Source of the DNA: Alphaproteobacteria bacterium
GTDB lineage: Bacteria > Pseudomonadota > Alphaproteobacteria > GCA-2731375
Assembly (NCBI GenBank): GCA_965232515.1
Contig: CBDDPY010000002.1
Span: 6,304,001 to 6,368,000, forward strand
Length of the DNA: 64,000 nt
Direction of reading: 5' to 3'
This document shows, one piece after another, positions 1 to 10,969 of the stretch. Below the pieces are notes generated by a model. The model had not been told where the DNA came from and did no database searches. It saw only the letters and a program-made list of their open reading frames with translations. Each line of letters starts with the position of its first letter. The stretch's first letter is position 1. Made by a program: the position numbers and the translations under genes.

Positions 1-60
1 TCGCCGATGCCTTTCAGTTAGCATTCCAAGCCTTATGCACGAACAGCGGGAGTCGTCCGA

Positions 61-537
61 ATGCTGCGTGCCGATCTGTCAGAATCGCTCAAATCAGCCA
101 TCAAGGCGAAAGACAGCCGTCGAGTCTCGACGTTGCGCCTGATCCTGGCCGCCATCAAGGACCGCGACATCGCCGTGCGCAGCGACGGCCGGGCGGACGG
201 CGTCAGCGACGACGAGATCCTCGGTATCCTGCAAAAGATGATCAAGCAGCGCCGCGAGAGCATCGCGCACTACGAGCAGGGCGCGCGTCTGGAGTTGGCC
301 GCGCAGGAGCAGGAAGAGATCGACGTCATACAGGATTACCTGCCGGCGCAGTTGAGCGATGACGAGATGAAGACGGTGGTGACCGAGGTTCTCGCCGAGA
401 TCGGCGCCGAGGGAATCAAGGATATGGGCCGGACCATGGGGGTGCTCAAAGAGCGCTATACCGGCCGGATGGATACGAGCAAGGCCAGCCTGATCGTCCG
501 GCAGCTATTGACCGGCGGCCCGTCATCGACGCAATAG
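61..537 (+). CDS. GatB/YqeY domain protein
   Basis: 158 aa; N-terminal LKSAIKAKDSRRVSTLRLI, QRRESIAHYEQGAR and KDMGRTMG are typical YqeY motifs; usual position upstream of dnaG. Confidence 0.92.
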   Translation: MLRADLSESLKSAIKAKDSRRVSTLRLILAAIKDRDIAVRSDGRADGVSDDEILGILQKMIKQRRESIAHYEQGARLELAAQEQEEIDVIQDYLPAQLSDDEMKTVVTEVLAEIGAEGIKDMGRTMGVLKERYTGRMDTSKASLIVRQLLTGGPSSTQ

Positions 538-627
538 GCTTGCCCTGAATGGGTTAAGGGCTAACTTGGTCTTGCGCCAACGTTACACGGGGCGTCCTGC
601 AGCAACATCTGATACCAACATCCGCCG

Positions 628-2481
628 ATGGCATTCAGCGATCAGTTCCTCGACGAGATCCGGACCCGTGTACCGGTGTCCGATGTCGTCGGTCGGCGGG
701 TCAAGCTGATCAAGCGGGGGCGCGAATATGTCGGCCTCAGCCCCTTCAACAGCGAAAAGACGCCTTCGTTCACGGTGAACGATCAGAAGCGGTTCTATCA
801 CTGCTTCTCGAGCGGCGAGCATGGCGACGTCTTCACCTTCGTAATGAAGACGGAGGGATTGTCGTTTCCCGAGGCGGTGGAGCGGTTGGCGGCCGAAGCC
901 GGTCTGGACGTGCCCAAGGATGCGCCGGAAGACCGCGCACGGGCCGAGCGCCGGGCCGGCCTGATCGAGGCCCAGGAAGCCGCGACGCAATGGTTTCAGG
1001 CCAAGCTGAACAGCCCGGCCGGCCGGCACGCCGCCGACTATCTGCGGGGACGCGGCCTCGACGCCGAAACCGTGGAGCATTTCCGGTTGGGCTTCGCGCC
1101 GGAACAGCGCACCATGCTGAAGGAAGCGCTGCTGGCGCGCGGCTTCACGGAAGAGGTGCTGATCGAGGCCGGCTTGCTGATCGCGCCCGAGGACGGCGGT
1201 GCGAGCTACGACCGGTTTCGCAACCGCGTCATGTTTCCGATCACCGACCGTCGAGGCCGGGTCATCGCATTCGGTGGCCGGACTCTTGGAGAGTCGCGCG
1301 CGAAGTATCTGAACTCGCCCGAAACCCCGGTCTTTCACAAGGGCAACGTGCTCTACAATCTCGGCCCGGCACGGCAGGCCGCCCACGAAACCGGGGTGGT
1401 GATCGTCACGGAAGGCTATATGGACGTCATCGCGCTGCATCGGGCGGGCTTCAAGCACGCCGTGGCGCCGCTGGGCACGGCCCTGACGGAAGCCCAGATC
1501 GCCGAACTCTGGCGGCTGGCGCCGGAACCCATCCTTTGTCTCGACGGCGACAATGCCGGTCGCCGGGCGGCCCAGCGCGCCGCCGAACGCGCGCTGCCGT
1601 TGCTGCAACCGGGGAAATCGCTGTGTTTCGCCGAGTTGCCGGCCGGCGACGACCCCGACAGCCTGTTGGCGTCCGAGGGACCGTCGGCATTGCAGCGCGT
1701 GCTGGATGCGGCCTCGCCCATGGCGGAGGTGCTGTGGCGCGGCGGCGCCGGCGGCGGGCGGCCGCTCGACACGCCGGAGCGGCGAGCCGGCTTGCGGCGC
1801 GATTTGGGCCGATTGGCCGCGGAAATCCGCGACGAGACGGTACGCACCTATTACCGTCAGTTTTTTGCTGAGAAAATGGACGGCCTGTTCGCCGGCAATC
1901 GGGCATCGACGCCGGTTTCCGGCGGCCAGCGCCGCGGCGGCCGTCATCGTACGTTTACCATAGAGAAACTACCTGCAAGACATAGTCTCGGGCAGGGTAG
2001 CGAGGCGCAGTCCGTTCGCCGGGAGCGGTTATTGACGGCGGTGTTGCTCAACCAACCGGCGCTACTTGAAGAGGTTTGGGAGGATTACGCTTCGTTAACC
2101 TTGTCCAGCCCCGCGCTTGACAGCCTACGGAATGCGATCATAAAACAGGCCGGTTTGGGCGAGCCCCTTGATATTGCTGGTTTAAAGGACAATCTCTCCG
2201 GCAGCGCACAGGCTGAGCTTATAAGCTTATCTGGGCCGAATGCGGCCGATTTGGAGCCATTTGCGCGTCTGGACGCAGATTTGAACGAGGCGAGGGCAGG
2301 TTGGGTGCAGACCCTTGGGCTGCACCGCTTGGAAGGGCTTCGCCTTGACCTGAACGCCGCCGCGGCTGTTCTGGCGCAGGACATGACGGAAGAGAATTAC
2401 GCGCGATACTTGGCTTTGAAGCAGGAATTCGACCGGGCACAGGGCGAGGCGACGTCACTGGATGCCGGTCAGAGAATCTAG
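628..2481 (+). CDS. dnaG: DNA primase
   Basis: Zn-ribbon region (SPFNSEKTPSF...YHCFSSGEHGD), FGGR, KYLNSPET, TOPRIM EGYMDV and DGD motifs. Confidence 0.98.
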   Translation: MAFSDQFLDEIRTRVPVSDVVGRRVKLIKRGREYVGLSPFNSEKTPSFTVNDQKRFYHCFSSGEHGDVFTFVMKTEGLSFPEAVERLAAEAGLDVPKDAPEDRARAERRAGLIEAQEAATQWFQAKLNSPAGRHAADYLRGRGLDAETVEHFRLGFAPEQRTMLKEALLARGFTEEVLIEAGLLIAPEDGGASYDRFRNRVMFPITDRRGRVIAFGGRTLGESRAKYLNSPETPVFHKGNVLYNLGPARQAAHETGVVIVTEGYMDVIALHRAGFKHAVAPLGTALTEAQIAELWRLAPEPILCLDGDNAGRRAAQRAAERALPLLQPGKSLCFAELPAGDDPDSLLASEGPSALQRVLDAASPMAEVLWRGGAGGGRPLDTPERRAGLRRDLGRLAAEIRDETVRTYYRQFFAEKMDGLFAGNRASTPVSGGQRRGGRHRTFTIEKLPARHSLGQGSEAQSVRRERLLTAVLLNQPALLEEVWEDYASLTLSSPALDSLRNAIIKQAGLGEPLDIAGLKDNLSGSAQAELISLSGPNAADLEPFARLDADLNEARAGWVQTLGLHRLEGLRLDLNAAAAVLAQDMTEENYARYLALKQEFDRAQGEATSLDAGQRI

Positions 2482-2548
2482 TGGAAGCGTGCGATTGATG
2501 GCGGCAGCGACATTCACCATTTCAAACGATTGGCGGGAGTAAGGCCCT

Positions 2549-4537
<1,989 letters not shown>

Positions 4538-4557
4538 ATTGCGTTGATAATCAGCGC

Positions 4558-5076
4558 CTAAGGGCCGGGGCTGTCGCTCCGGCCCTTTTTGTTGCGCGTG
4601 CCGCGCCGTCCGGCGATGACGACCGCCACCGGTACCTTGAGCAGCTCGTAGGCAATCCAGGTCAGGCCCAGCCCGGCGCCGCCATAGGCGAGACTGACCG
4701 GATCGAGCGGCAAGGCCGGCTGAAACGCCGCGAAGGTGGTGCGCGCAATCTCGCCGTCGATATGCCGCAGGAACACGAATGGCTTGGCGAAGGGATCGGC
4801 CGCCGCGATGGCGTCGTACGCGGAGGCCAGGGCCTCGACACGCGCCCGCGCGGCCTCGGCAAGCTGCGCGCGCGTGGTCTCGTCGACCGCGCGGTAGAGC
4901 GTGCCGTCGCGGATCAGGAGGTGATTGGCTTCCGCCTCTTCCAGCCGGCCGCCCAGCCGCTGCCGGTACTGCTGCAGAAAGGCCAGGAACTGCGACGCGG
5001 CGATGCCGCCCAGCGCCGCGAACATGGCGGCGACCAGGGAATCGAGTTTACGAAAGAGCCAGCGCATGTGCGGCAT
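4558..5076 (-). CDS. DUF2937-like membrane protein (start may be 5067)
   Basis: N-terminal TM followed by SQFLAFLQQYRQRLGG, then FQPALPL and a C-terminal TM, matching the DUF2937 pattern. Confidence 0.75.
   Translation of the reverse strand: MPHMRWLFRKLDSLVAAMFAALGGIAASQFLAFLQQYRQRLGGRLEEAEANHLLIRDGTLYRAVDETTRAQLAEAARARVEALASAYDAIAAADPFAKPFVFLRHIDGEIARTTFAAFQPALPLDPVSLAYGGAGLGLTWIAYELLKVPVAVVIAGRRGTRNKKGRSDSPGP
4561..4590 (+). terminator. Intrinsic terminator of rpoD
   Basis: AGGGCCGGGGC-TGTC-GCTCCGGCCCT hairpin followed by a T run, shortly after the rpoD stop; overlaps the 3' end of the convergent gene. Confidence 0.8.
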
Positions 5077-5185
5077 GTCTAACGCGTATGGCGCGTGATG
5101 CCCAGCCCACGCGGAGGTGGCTTTTGTCGGTCATCGCCAGTTGCTATAACCCCGCAGCCGCTGACGGAGGCAAATGCCGCCACAA

Positions 5186-5262
5186 GGGCCCGTAGCTCAA
5201 CTGGTTAGAGCCGGCCGCTCATAACGGTCTGGTTGCAGGTTCGAGTCCTGCCGGGCCCACCA
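5186..5262 (+). tRNA. tRNA with CAT anticodon, most likely tRNA-Ile2 (lysidine-modified)
   Basis: GGGCCCG/CGGGCCC acceptor stem, TAGCTCAACTGGTTAGAGC D-arm, CTCATAA anticodon loop, GGTTCGAGTCC T-arm, encoded CCA. G1-C72 pair and no GGG/CCC anticodon stem argue against initiator Met; position after rpoD matches ileX. Confidence 0.93.
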
Positions 5263-5300
5263 CCCTTCGCCCTGCGGGCTTCGGGTGGCAAGCCACCCGA
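5261..5300. repeat. REP-like nested palindromes directly after the tRNA
   Basis: CACCC-TTC-GCCCTGCGGGC-TTC-GGGTG hairpin overlapping the perfect inverted repeat TCGGGTGGC-AA-GCCACCCGA (5281-5300). Confidence 0.55.
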
Positions 5301-5318
5301 CGACAATTCAACGTCGCG

Positions 5319-6641
5319 TTAGTTGAAGCCCTGGATCTGGGCCGGCAGATAGGTCGCCAGCGCCGGGAACAGCAGGACCAGCAGCAGGACGATGGCCTGG
5401 CAGGTGATGAAGGGCATGACGCCGCGGTACATGTCGCCGAAGGTGATTTCCGGCGGCGCGATCGAGCGCAGATAGAAGATCGAGGGCGCCATCGGCGGCG
5501 TCAGATAGGACGTCTGGATGACGATGATCATCACCGTCGCGAACCAGATGGGATCGACGCCCTGATCGCTGAGGATCGGCAGGAAGATCGGCAGCGTGAT
5601 CAGCACCACCGAGACCCAGTCGAGGATGAATCCGGCGATAAAGACCAGCAGCAGCAGCACGCCGACGACGCCCCAGCTTGGCAGGTCGAGCGCGGACACC
5701 AGACCCTGCACCAGCTGGTTGCCCTGATGCAGCCGGAAGATGCCGGCGAAGATGTTGCCGCCGACGACGATCAGCAGGATCATGCAGTTGATCAGCAGGG
5801 TTCGCCGGAGCGTATCCGCCAACACGGCGAAGGAGAAACGGCCGTAGGCGATCGTCAGCACGACGGCGCCGAGCGCGCCGATGGAGGCGGCTTCGGTCGG
5901 CGTAGCGACACCGAATATGATCGCGCCCAGGACCGCGCCAATCAGGCCGATCGCCGGCACCATGCCGGTCGCGGTGATCTTCAGCTTTTCGCCGAGCGGC
6001 AGGTCCGTGCCTTCCGTGACCGCCGGCGAGCCCTCGGGCTTGAGCAGCGCGCGGGCCAGGATATAGCCGAGGAACAGCGCCACCATGATGCCGGCTGGAA
6101 TCAACACGGCGGCGAACAGCTTGCCGACCGACTGGTTCGAGATCGAGGCGTAGATCACCACGACGATCGACGGCGGCACCATGGTGCCGAGCGAGCCGCC
6201 GGCGCAGATCGTGCCGGCGATCAGCGAGCGGTCGTAGGCGTAGCGCATCATGATCGGGATCGCCATCACGCCGATCACGACCTCGACGGCGCCGACAATG
6301 CCGGTCGACGCGGCGATCACCGCCGCCATGCCGATGGTCGCCAGCGAAAGGCCGCCGGGCAGCCGGCCGAGCCAGACCTGCATCGCCCGAAACAGCCGCT
6401 CGGATATGCCGGAGGACTCCAGCATCACCCCCATGAACACAAAGGCGGGCACCGCCGAGAGCAGGAATTGGGACGCGGTGTGCTGAATGACGCCGTAGAT
6501 CTGCAGCGAGGCCAAAGCGCCGAAGGCAGGCAAGGCCATGAGGAACGCCGTGGCGATCAGCGCGAAGGCGACGGGGATGCCGAGGAAGACGAACAGGAAA
6601 AGCAGCGGAAACATCAACGCCGCGAGCGTTTGGCCGTCCAT
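5319..6641 (-). CDS. TRAP transporter large permease (DctM)
   Basis: About 12 TM; AGGSLGTMVPPSI, GVATPTEAAS, QTSYLTPPMAP motifs. Confidence 0.95.
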   Translation of the reverse strand: MDGQTLAALMFPLLFLFVFLGIPVAFALIATAFLMALPAFGALASLQIYGVIQHTASQFLLSAVPAFVFMGVMLESSGISERLFRAMQVWLGRLPGGLSLATIGMAAVIAASTGIVGAVEVVIGVMAIPIMMRYAYDRSLIAGTICAGGSLGTMVPPSIVVVIYASISNQSVGKLFAAVLIPAGIMVALFLGYILARALLKPEGSPAVTEGTDLPLGEKLKITATGMVPAIGLIGAVLGAIIFGVATPTEAASIGALGAVVLTIAYGRFSFAVLADTLRRTLLINCMILLIVVGGNIFAGIFRLHQGNQLVQGLVSALDLPSWGVVGVLLLLVFIAGFILDWVSVVLITLPIFLPILSDQGVDPIWFATVMIIVIQTSYLTPPMAPSIFYLRSIAPPEITFGDMYRGVMPFITCQAIVLLLVLLFPALATYLPAQIQGFN

Positions 6642-6644
6642 GCG

Positions 6645-7199
6645 TCAGGCTGCCGTTTGCTCGCGTGCGCTCGGCGCGGGCACCGCCTCGGGCCGCCACA
6701 GACCGATCAGATGCCGGACCGCTTCGATCAGCACCTGCAAGGCGAAGCTGGTGAGGCCGATCGCGATACCGGTCAGGAACGGCCAGATCAGCGGCTCCCA
6801 GGCGCTCATGCTTTCAAGCGTGCCCCGCTCATAGGCCTTTGCCGCCTTGCCGATGGCAAAGTTGGCCGTCATGGCCAGCGCCGGGAGAAAGATACCGAGA
6901 TAAAAGGCCGCGTTGATCGCGTGCTGCACACGCAGCGGCAATCGCGATGAGGCGAAGTCGATGCGGACATGCTGGTTCGCGCGCAACGTAAACGCCGCGC
7001 CCAGCAGGAAGAGCGTGCCATTGAACATGTAGGAGACCGTGTTCGCCCACATCGTCGGCGCGTTGAAGCCGCGCCGGGCGACGACCTCCCAGATCATGGC
7101 GCCGATCATCAACAGCATCAGCAGCATGGCGATCACGCCAAGCCAGCGCCCGACCTGGTCAAGGCCGCGCAGGATTTTCAGAATGGATTCGGTGCTCAC
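6645..7199 (-). CDS. TRAP transporter small permease (DctQ)
   Basis: 4 TM; EVVARRGFNAPTMWA and HVRID motifs. Confidence 0.93.
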   Translation of the reverse strand: MSTESILKILRGLDQVGRWLGVIAMLLMLLMIGAMIWEVVARRGFNAPTMWANTVSYMFNGTLFLLGAAFTLRANQHVRIDFASSRLPLRVQHAINAAFYLGIFLPALAMTANFAIGKAAKAYERGTLESMSAWEPLIWPFLTGIAIGLTSFALQVLIEAVRHLIGLWRPEAVPAPSAREQTAA

Positions 7200-7273
7200 C
7201 CGGCCCCCATCCCGGCACGCCGGGCACCCTTCATGCGAAGTGCGCCCGGCGGCCTACGATGCCGGCAAATCGG

Positions 7274-8338
7274 TCAGTCGCGATGGTCGACGACCATATA
7301 CTTGGCGTTGGCCTGCCACTTTTCCTGAAAGGCGATGATCGACTCGATCGCCTGCATGGGATAGGGGTTGCCCTTGGCGGCGGCCTCTTCGGCCACCTTC
7401 TTGGCCCAAGCGCGCGAAGCTTCCCGGGACTTCGCCACGAAGTCGTCCGACAGGCGGATGAACTCGTTGTTGCCGCCCTGCAGTTTTTCCATGGCGTCGA
7501 GGTCGGACATGATGAAGCGGTTCATGCCGTCATAGGTCGTCAGCCGGGCCGCGGTCTCGATCGCCTGCTGGATGTCCTTCGGCAGCTCGTTCCACTTGTC
7601 GAGCAGCACGACGCCCTCGAAGGCCCAGGCGCCGGCATGGATGCCGGGGTAGATGATGTAGGGCGCCACCTCCTGGTAGCCGAGCTTGATATTCTCGCCG
7701 GGCGTCGAGTACTCGGTCATGTCGAGACCGCGCTTTTCCAGCATGCCGTAGATCTCGGGGCCGGGGACGGTCGTGGGCGAGGCCTGGAAGTACTCTTTGA
7801 CGATGGCAGCCCAGTTGCCGAGCGTGCGGTACTTGACGTTGGCGAGGTCGCCGACATTCTCGATCTTGATATGGCTGTGCGCGAAGAACTCCGACGGTCC
7901 GGCGCCGAGCACGAAGCTGTGCATGCCCATCTTGTCGGCGCGGTGCGCCTTCAGGATCTGTTCGCCGCCGCCATAGTAGAGCCAGGGCACCATCGAATCG
8001 ACGCCGAGCCCGGTCGGAAAGCCGAGGATCATGGCGTTGATCGGGTCCTTGGTGCCAAGGAAGGCCGGCGGCATCATCGCCATCTCGACCAGACCGTCGT
8101 CGACCTGCTCGTAGATCTTAAAGATGTTGCCGAGCGTGCCGCCTGGTAGCGGTTCGAGCTTCATGCGCCCCGCGGTGAGCTGTTCGACCAGATCGACAAA
8201 GGGCAGCATGAAGTTGTTCCAGTACGAGCCGGTCTCGCCGTCGAACGTCGCGACCCGCCACTTGTATTCCTGTGCGTTGGCCGTGGTAGCCGCCAGCACC
8301 AAGACGGCTGCGGCGGCCAATCCCTTAAAGATCTTCAT
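7274..8338 (-). CDS. TRAP substrate-binding protein (DctP, TakP-like)
   Basis: Signal peptide MKIFKGLAAAAVL...ANA; KYRTLG conserved Arg; PGPEIYGMLEKRGLD; GGGAG RBS before ATG 8338. Confidence 0.9.
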   Translation of the reverse strand: MKIFKGLAAAAVLVLAATTANAQEYKWRVATFDGETGSYWNNFMLPFVDLVEQLTAGRMKLEPLPGGTLGNIFKIYEQVDDGLVEMAMMPPAFLGTKDPINAMILGFPTGLGVDSMVPWLYYGGGEQILKAHRADKMGMHSFVLGAGPSEFFAHSHIKIENVGDLANVKYRTLGNWAAIVKEYFQASPTTVPGPEIYGMLEKRGLDMTEYSTPGENIKLGYQEVAPYIIYPGIHAGAWAFEGVVLLDKWNELPKDIQQAIETAARLTTYDGMNRFIMSDLDAMEKLQGGNNEFIRLSDDFVAKSREASRAWAKKVAEEAAAKGNPYPMQAIESIIAFQEKWQANAKYMVVDHRD

Positions 8339-8595
8339 CCCCGTTCTCCCTTTTCTTGTCACTCGGCCGATACAATCTACGCTCGTTGCCTGTGCTTGCG
8401 GGCTCGCAGGCCGTCGCCAAGGCCATTCACGGCCTTGGTTCGGACCGCTCTTCTAGATTTTCCGGATGCCGCCCAATCGGCGAATGGCGGCCGCGCCTCC
8501 CATAACTGTCCCGTCACCCCGCAAACCGACGCTTATCTTAAGAGGCAGTGGGGGTATTTTCACCCTTAAGATTCCCGCCGCGTTTTTGCCGGTCG

Positions 8596-9375
8596 CTACG
8601 CATCGCACCCGGCCCGGATTTGTGTGAGGCCTGCTTTCACGGCATCGCCCCAGGCCCAGGCGTCGGCCGAGTAAGCGATGAAGTCGAAGCCCTGCTTGTA
8701 GAGCGCGATGGCATCGGCGACGTCCGGCACCAGGCGTCCGGCCGACGTGTTCGTCGCCTTGCAGGCGTCGATCACAGCGGCAATGGCGTCCGTGAAAGCG
8801 GGATTGTCGAACTCGCCGGGAATGCCGAGCGAGCAGGACAAGTCGAAATGCCCGACCCATAGGCAATCGACGTCGGGCAACGCGGCGATGTCCTTGGCGT
8901 TCTCGACCCCTTCGGCGGTCTCGATTTGCGCAAAGAAGGCCGTGCGCGCGTTGGCCTCGGACAGCTTGTCCAAGGTCGGACCGGCGGTGTAGCGGTCATG
9001 GGCGCTGCGCAGGATCACGCCCCGGCCGCCGGCCGGCGGATACTTGATGCAATGGATGATCGCTTCGGCCTCGGCGGCGGTGCTGACCATCGGCAGCATC
9101 ACGGCTTCGGCGCCCGCGTCCAGCGTGCGGGCAATGTCCTTATAGTCCTTGGACGGCACCCGAACGACCGTCGGTACGCCGGCCGCCCGCATATAGGCGA
9201 CGACATTCTTGACCGTTTCGACCCCATAGCCGCTGTGCTCCGTGTCGAAGATCACGAAGTCGCAGGTCGCTTCCTTCATGATGTAGCCGATGCCTGATGT
9301 GTTGAACTCGAACAGGAAGTGCCCGGCTTTCAGATCGCGGTTGCCGGCCATGGATTTGAGCGCTGTTTCGGTCAT
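8596..9375 (-). CDS. HpcH/HpaI family class II aldolase
   Basis: DFVIFDTEHS, VRVP, KYPPAGGRG, AQIETAEGVEN, VGHFDLSCSLGIPG. Confidence 0.92.
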   Translation of the reverse strand: MTETALKSMAGNRDLKAGHFLFEFNTSGIGYIMKEATCDFVIFDTEHSGYGVETVKNVVAYMRAAGVPTVVRVPSKDYKDIARTLDAGAEAVMLPMVSTAAEAEAIIHCIKYPPAGGRGVILRSAHDRYTAGPTLDKLSEANARTAFFAQIETAEGVENAKDIAALPDVDCLWVGHFDLSCSLGIPGEFDNPAFTDAIAAVIDACKATNTSAGRLVPDVADAIALYKQGFDFIAYSADAWAWGDAVKAGLTQIRAGCDA

Positions 9376-9574
9376 GTCTGCGTCTTTCGCCTTTTCTCGC
9401 TCTCGATGTCGTCGAGCACACAGTCTAACCCCGTCGGCGGGCGGAGGCAGTCACGGTTGCGATTGTCGCGCCGGTTGGCGGTGTCGCCACTTTCTGCTGA
9501 TATAGGCCGAACATTCGATGACGGCGGAAGCGCGGCGCGCCCGCCACCCCCAACAACACTGCGGAGGCGAGGCG

Positions 9575-10183
9575 ATGAAACTCTATGACCTGAAGGCTGG
9601 CATGAACCCACGGCGGGTGCGGATCTTTCTTGCCGAAAAAGGCATCGAGGTGCCGAAGGTCGACGTCGACATGATGAAGGGCGAGAACGCGACACCTGCG
9701 TTCCTGGCGTTGAATCCACTCGGCAAGCTGCCGGTCCTGGAGCTGGACGACGGCACCATCCTGACCGAGTCCATGGCGATCTGCCGCTACTTCGAGGAGC
9801 TGCATCCCGAGCCGCCGCTGTTTGGTCGCGACGCGTTGGAACGCGCGAAGGTCGAGATGTGGAACCGGCGCATGGAGCTGGAGATCGCCTATCCGATGAC
9901 GCAAGTCTTCCAGCATGGCTACGAGTTCTGGAAGGACCGCATCACCCAGGTCCCCGCCTTCGGCGAGGTCTGCCGCGAAAAGCTGCGGGACCGCATGAAC
10001 TGGCTCGACGGCGAGTTGGCCGATCGGGATTACATCGTCGGCGACAGCTACACCGTCGCCGATATCACCGCGCAGTGCGGCCTGCTGATGGGCAAAGCCG
10101 TCGATATGCGGATCCCTGAAGCACTGGAGAACCTGTCGCGCTGGTTCGAAAGCGTTGTGTCGCGGCCAACCGCGCGCGCCTGA
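9575..10183 (+). CDS. Glutathione S-transferase (GTT2-like)
   Basis: NPRRVRIFLAEKG, LNPLGKLPVLELDDGTILTESMAICRY, YTVADITA; RBS GGAGG upstream of ATG 9575. Confidence 0.93.
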   Translation: MKLYDLKAGMNPRRVRIFLAEKGIEVPKVDVDMMKGENATPAFLALNPLGKLPVLELDDGTILTESMAICRYFEELHPEPPLFGRDALERAKVEMWNRRMELEIAYPMTQVFQHGYEFWKDRITQVPAFGEVCREKLRDRMNWLDGELADRDYIVGDSYTVADITAQCGLLMGKAVDMRIPEALENLSRWFESVVSRPTARA

Positions 10184-10186
10184 GCC

Positions 10187-10960
10187 ATGGCTTTCGATCA
10201 TCTCGGTGTGACGGTTGAGGACCGGATCGGCTGGCTGGAATACAACCGACCGCCGGTCAACGCGTTCACGATGGAGATGGTTCGCGAAGTCTCCGAGGCT
10301 TTGGACCAGTTGCTTGCCGATCCGCAAGTGCGGGTTCTCGTCATCGCCAGCGCTGTCGAAAGCTATTTCAGCGCCGGTGCCGATCTGACGGTCTTCGACG
10401 GCATTGGCGAGGCCGGCATGCGCGCCTGGGTCGAGGACGTGCATGGCATCGTCCGCAAGATGCGGGCGGCCGACAAGCCGCTGCTGGCCGCGATCAACGG
10501 CACGGCGGTCGGCGGCGGGCTTGAGATGACGCTGCATTGCGACGTGCGGTTTGCCGCCGCCGACGCCCGCCTCGGCCAGCCCGAGATCAACATCGCCTTC
10601 ATCCCGCCGATCGGCGCCACCCAGGCGCTGGCGCGGCTAATCGGCCGGCCGCGGGCGATCCGTTACCTCTACGAGGGTCGCCTGCTGCCGGCCGCCGAAG
10701 CCCTCGACATCGGGCTGGTCGATGTCGTCGTGCCGCCGGACCAGTTGCGGGCGGAGGTGCGCGCCTACGCGCTCGATCTGGCGGCCAAGCCGGCGGGCGC
10801 GCTGGCCGCGATCCGACGCACCATCACCGAAGGCGGTGGCAGGACATTCGACGAGGGCTTGGCGATGGAGGCGGAGGCCGTCGTGGCCCTCGCCGCCCAT
10901 CCCGATTTCGCCGAGGGCGTGCGCGCCTTCCTCGAAAAGCGCAAACCCAACTGGTCCTGA
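10187..10960 (+). CDS. Enoyl-CoA hydratase/isomerase family protein
   Basis: NRPPVNA, FSAGADL, AVGGGLEM, GQPEINI, AFLEKRKP. Confidence 0.93.
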   Translation: MAFDHLGVTVEDRIGWLEYNRPPVNAFTMEMVREVSEALDQLLADPQVRVLVIASAVESYFSAGADLTVFDGIGEAGMRAWVEDVHGIVRKMRAADKPLLAAINGTAVGGGLEMTLHCDVRFAAADARLGQPEINIAFIPPIGATQALARLIGRPRAIRYLYEGRLLPAAEALDIGLVDVVVPPDQLRAEVRAYALDLAAKPAGALAAIRRTITEGGGRTFDEGLAMEAEAVVALAAHPDFAEGVRAFLEKRKPNWS

Positions 10961-10969
10961 TCGACGCGG

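Noticed and set aside
1960-2481. Lower-GC 3' part of dnaG
   Set aside because: The frame is intact; this is the poorly conserved helicase-binding tail and probably also holds rpoD promoter sequence.
6639-6647. dctQ TGA is in frame with the dctM ATG
   Set aside because: Ordinary tight operon spacing; there is no redox motif and both subunits are full length.
10181-10189. GST TGA is in frame with the enoyl-CoA hydratase ATG (possible read-through or Sec)
   Set aside because: Both proteins are complete, the TGA is not at a Cys-motif position, and a proper ATG follows one codon later.
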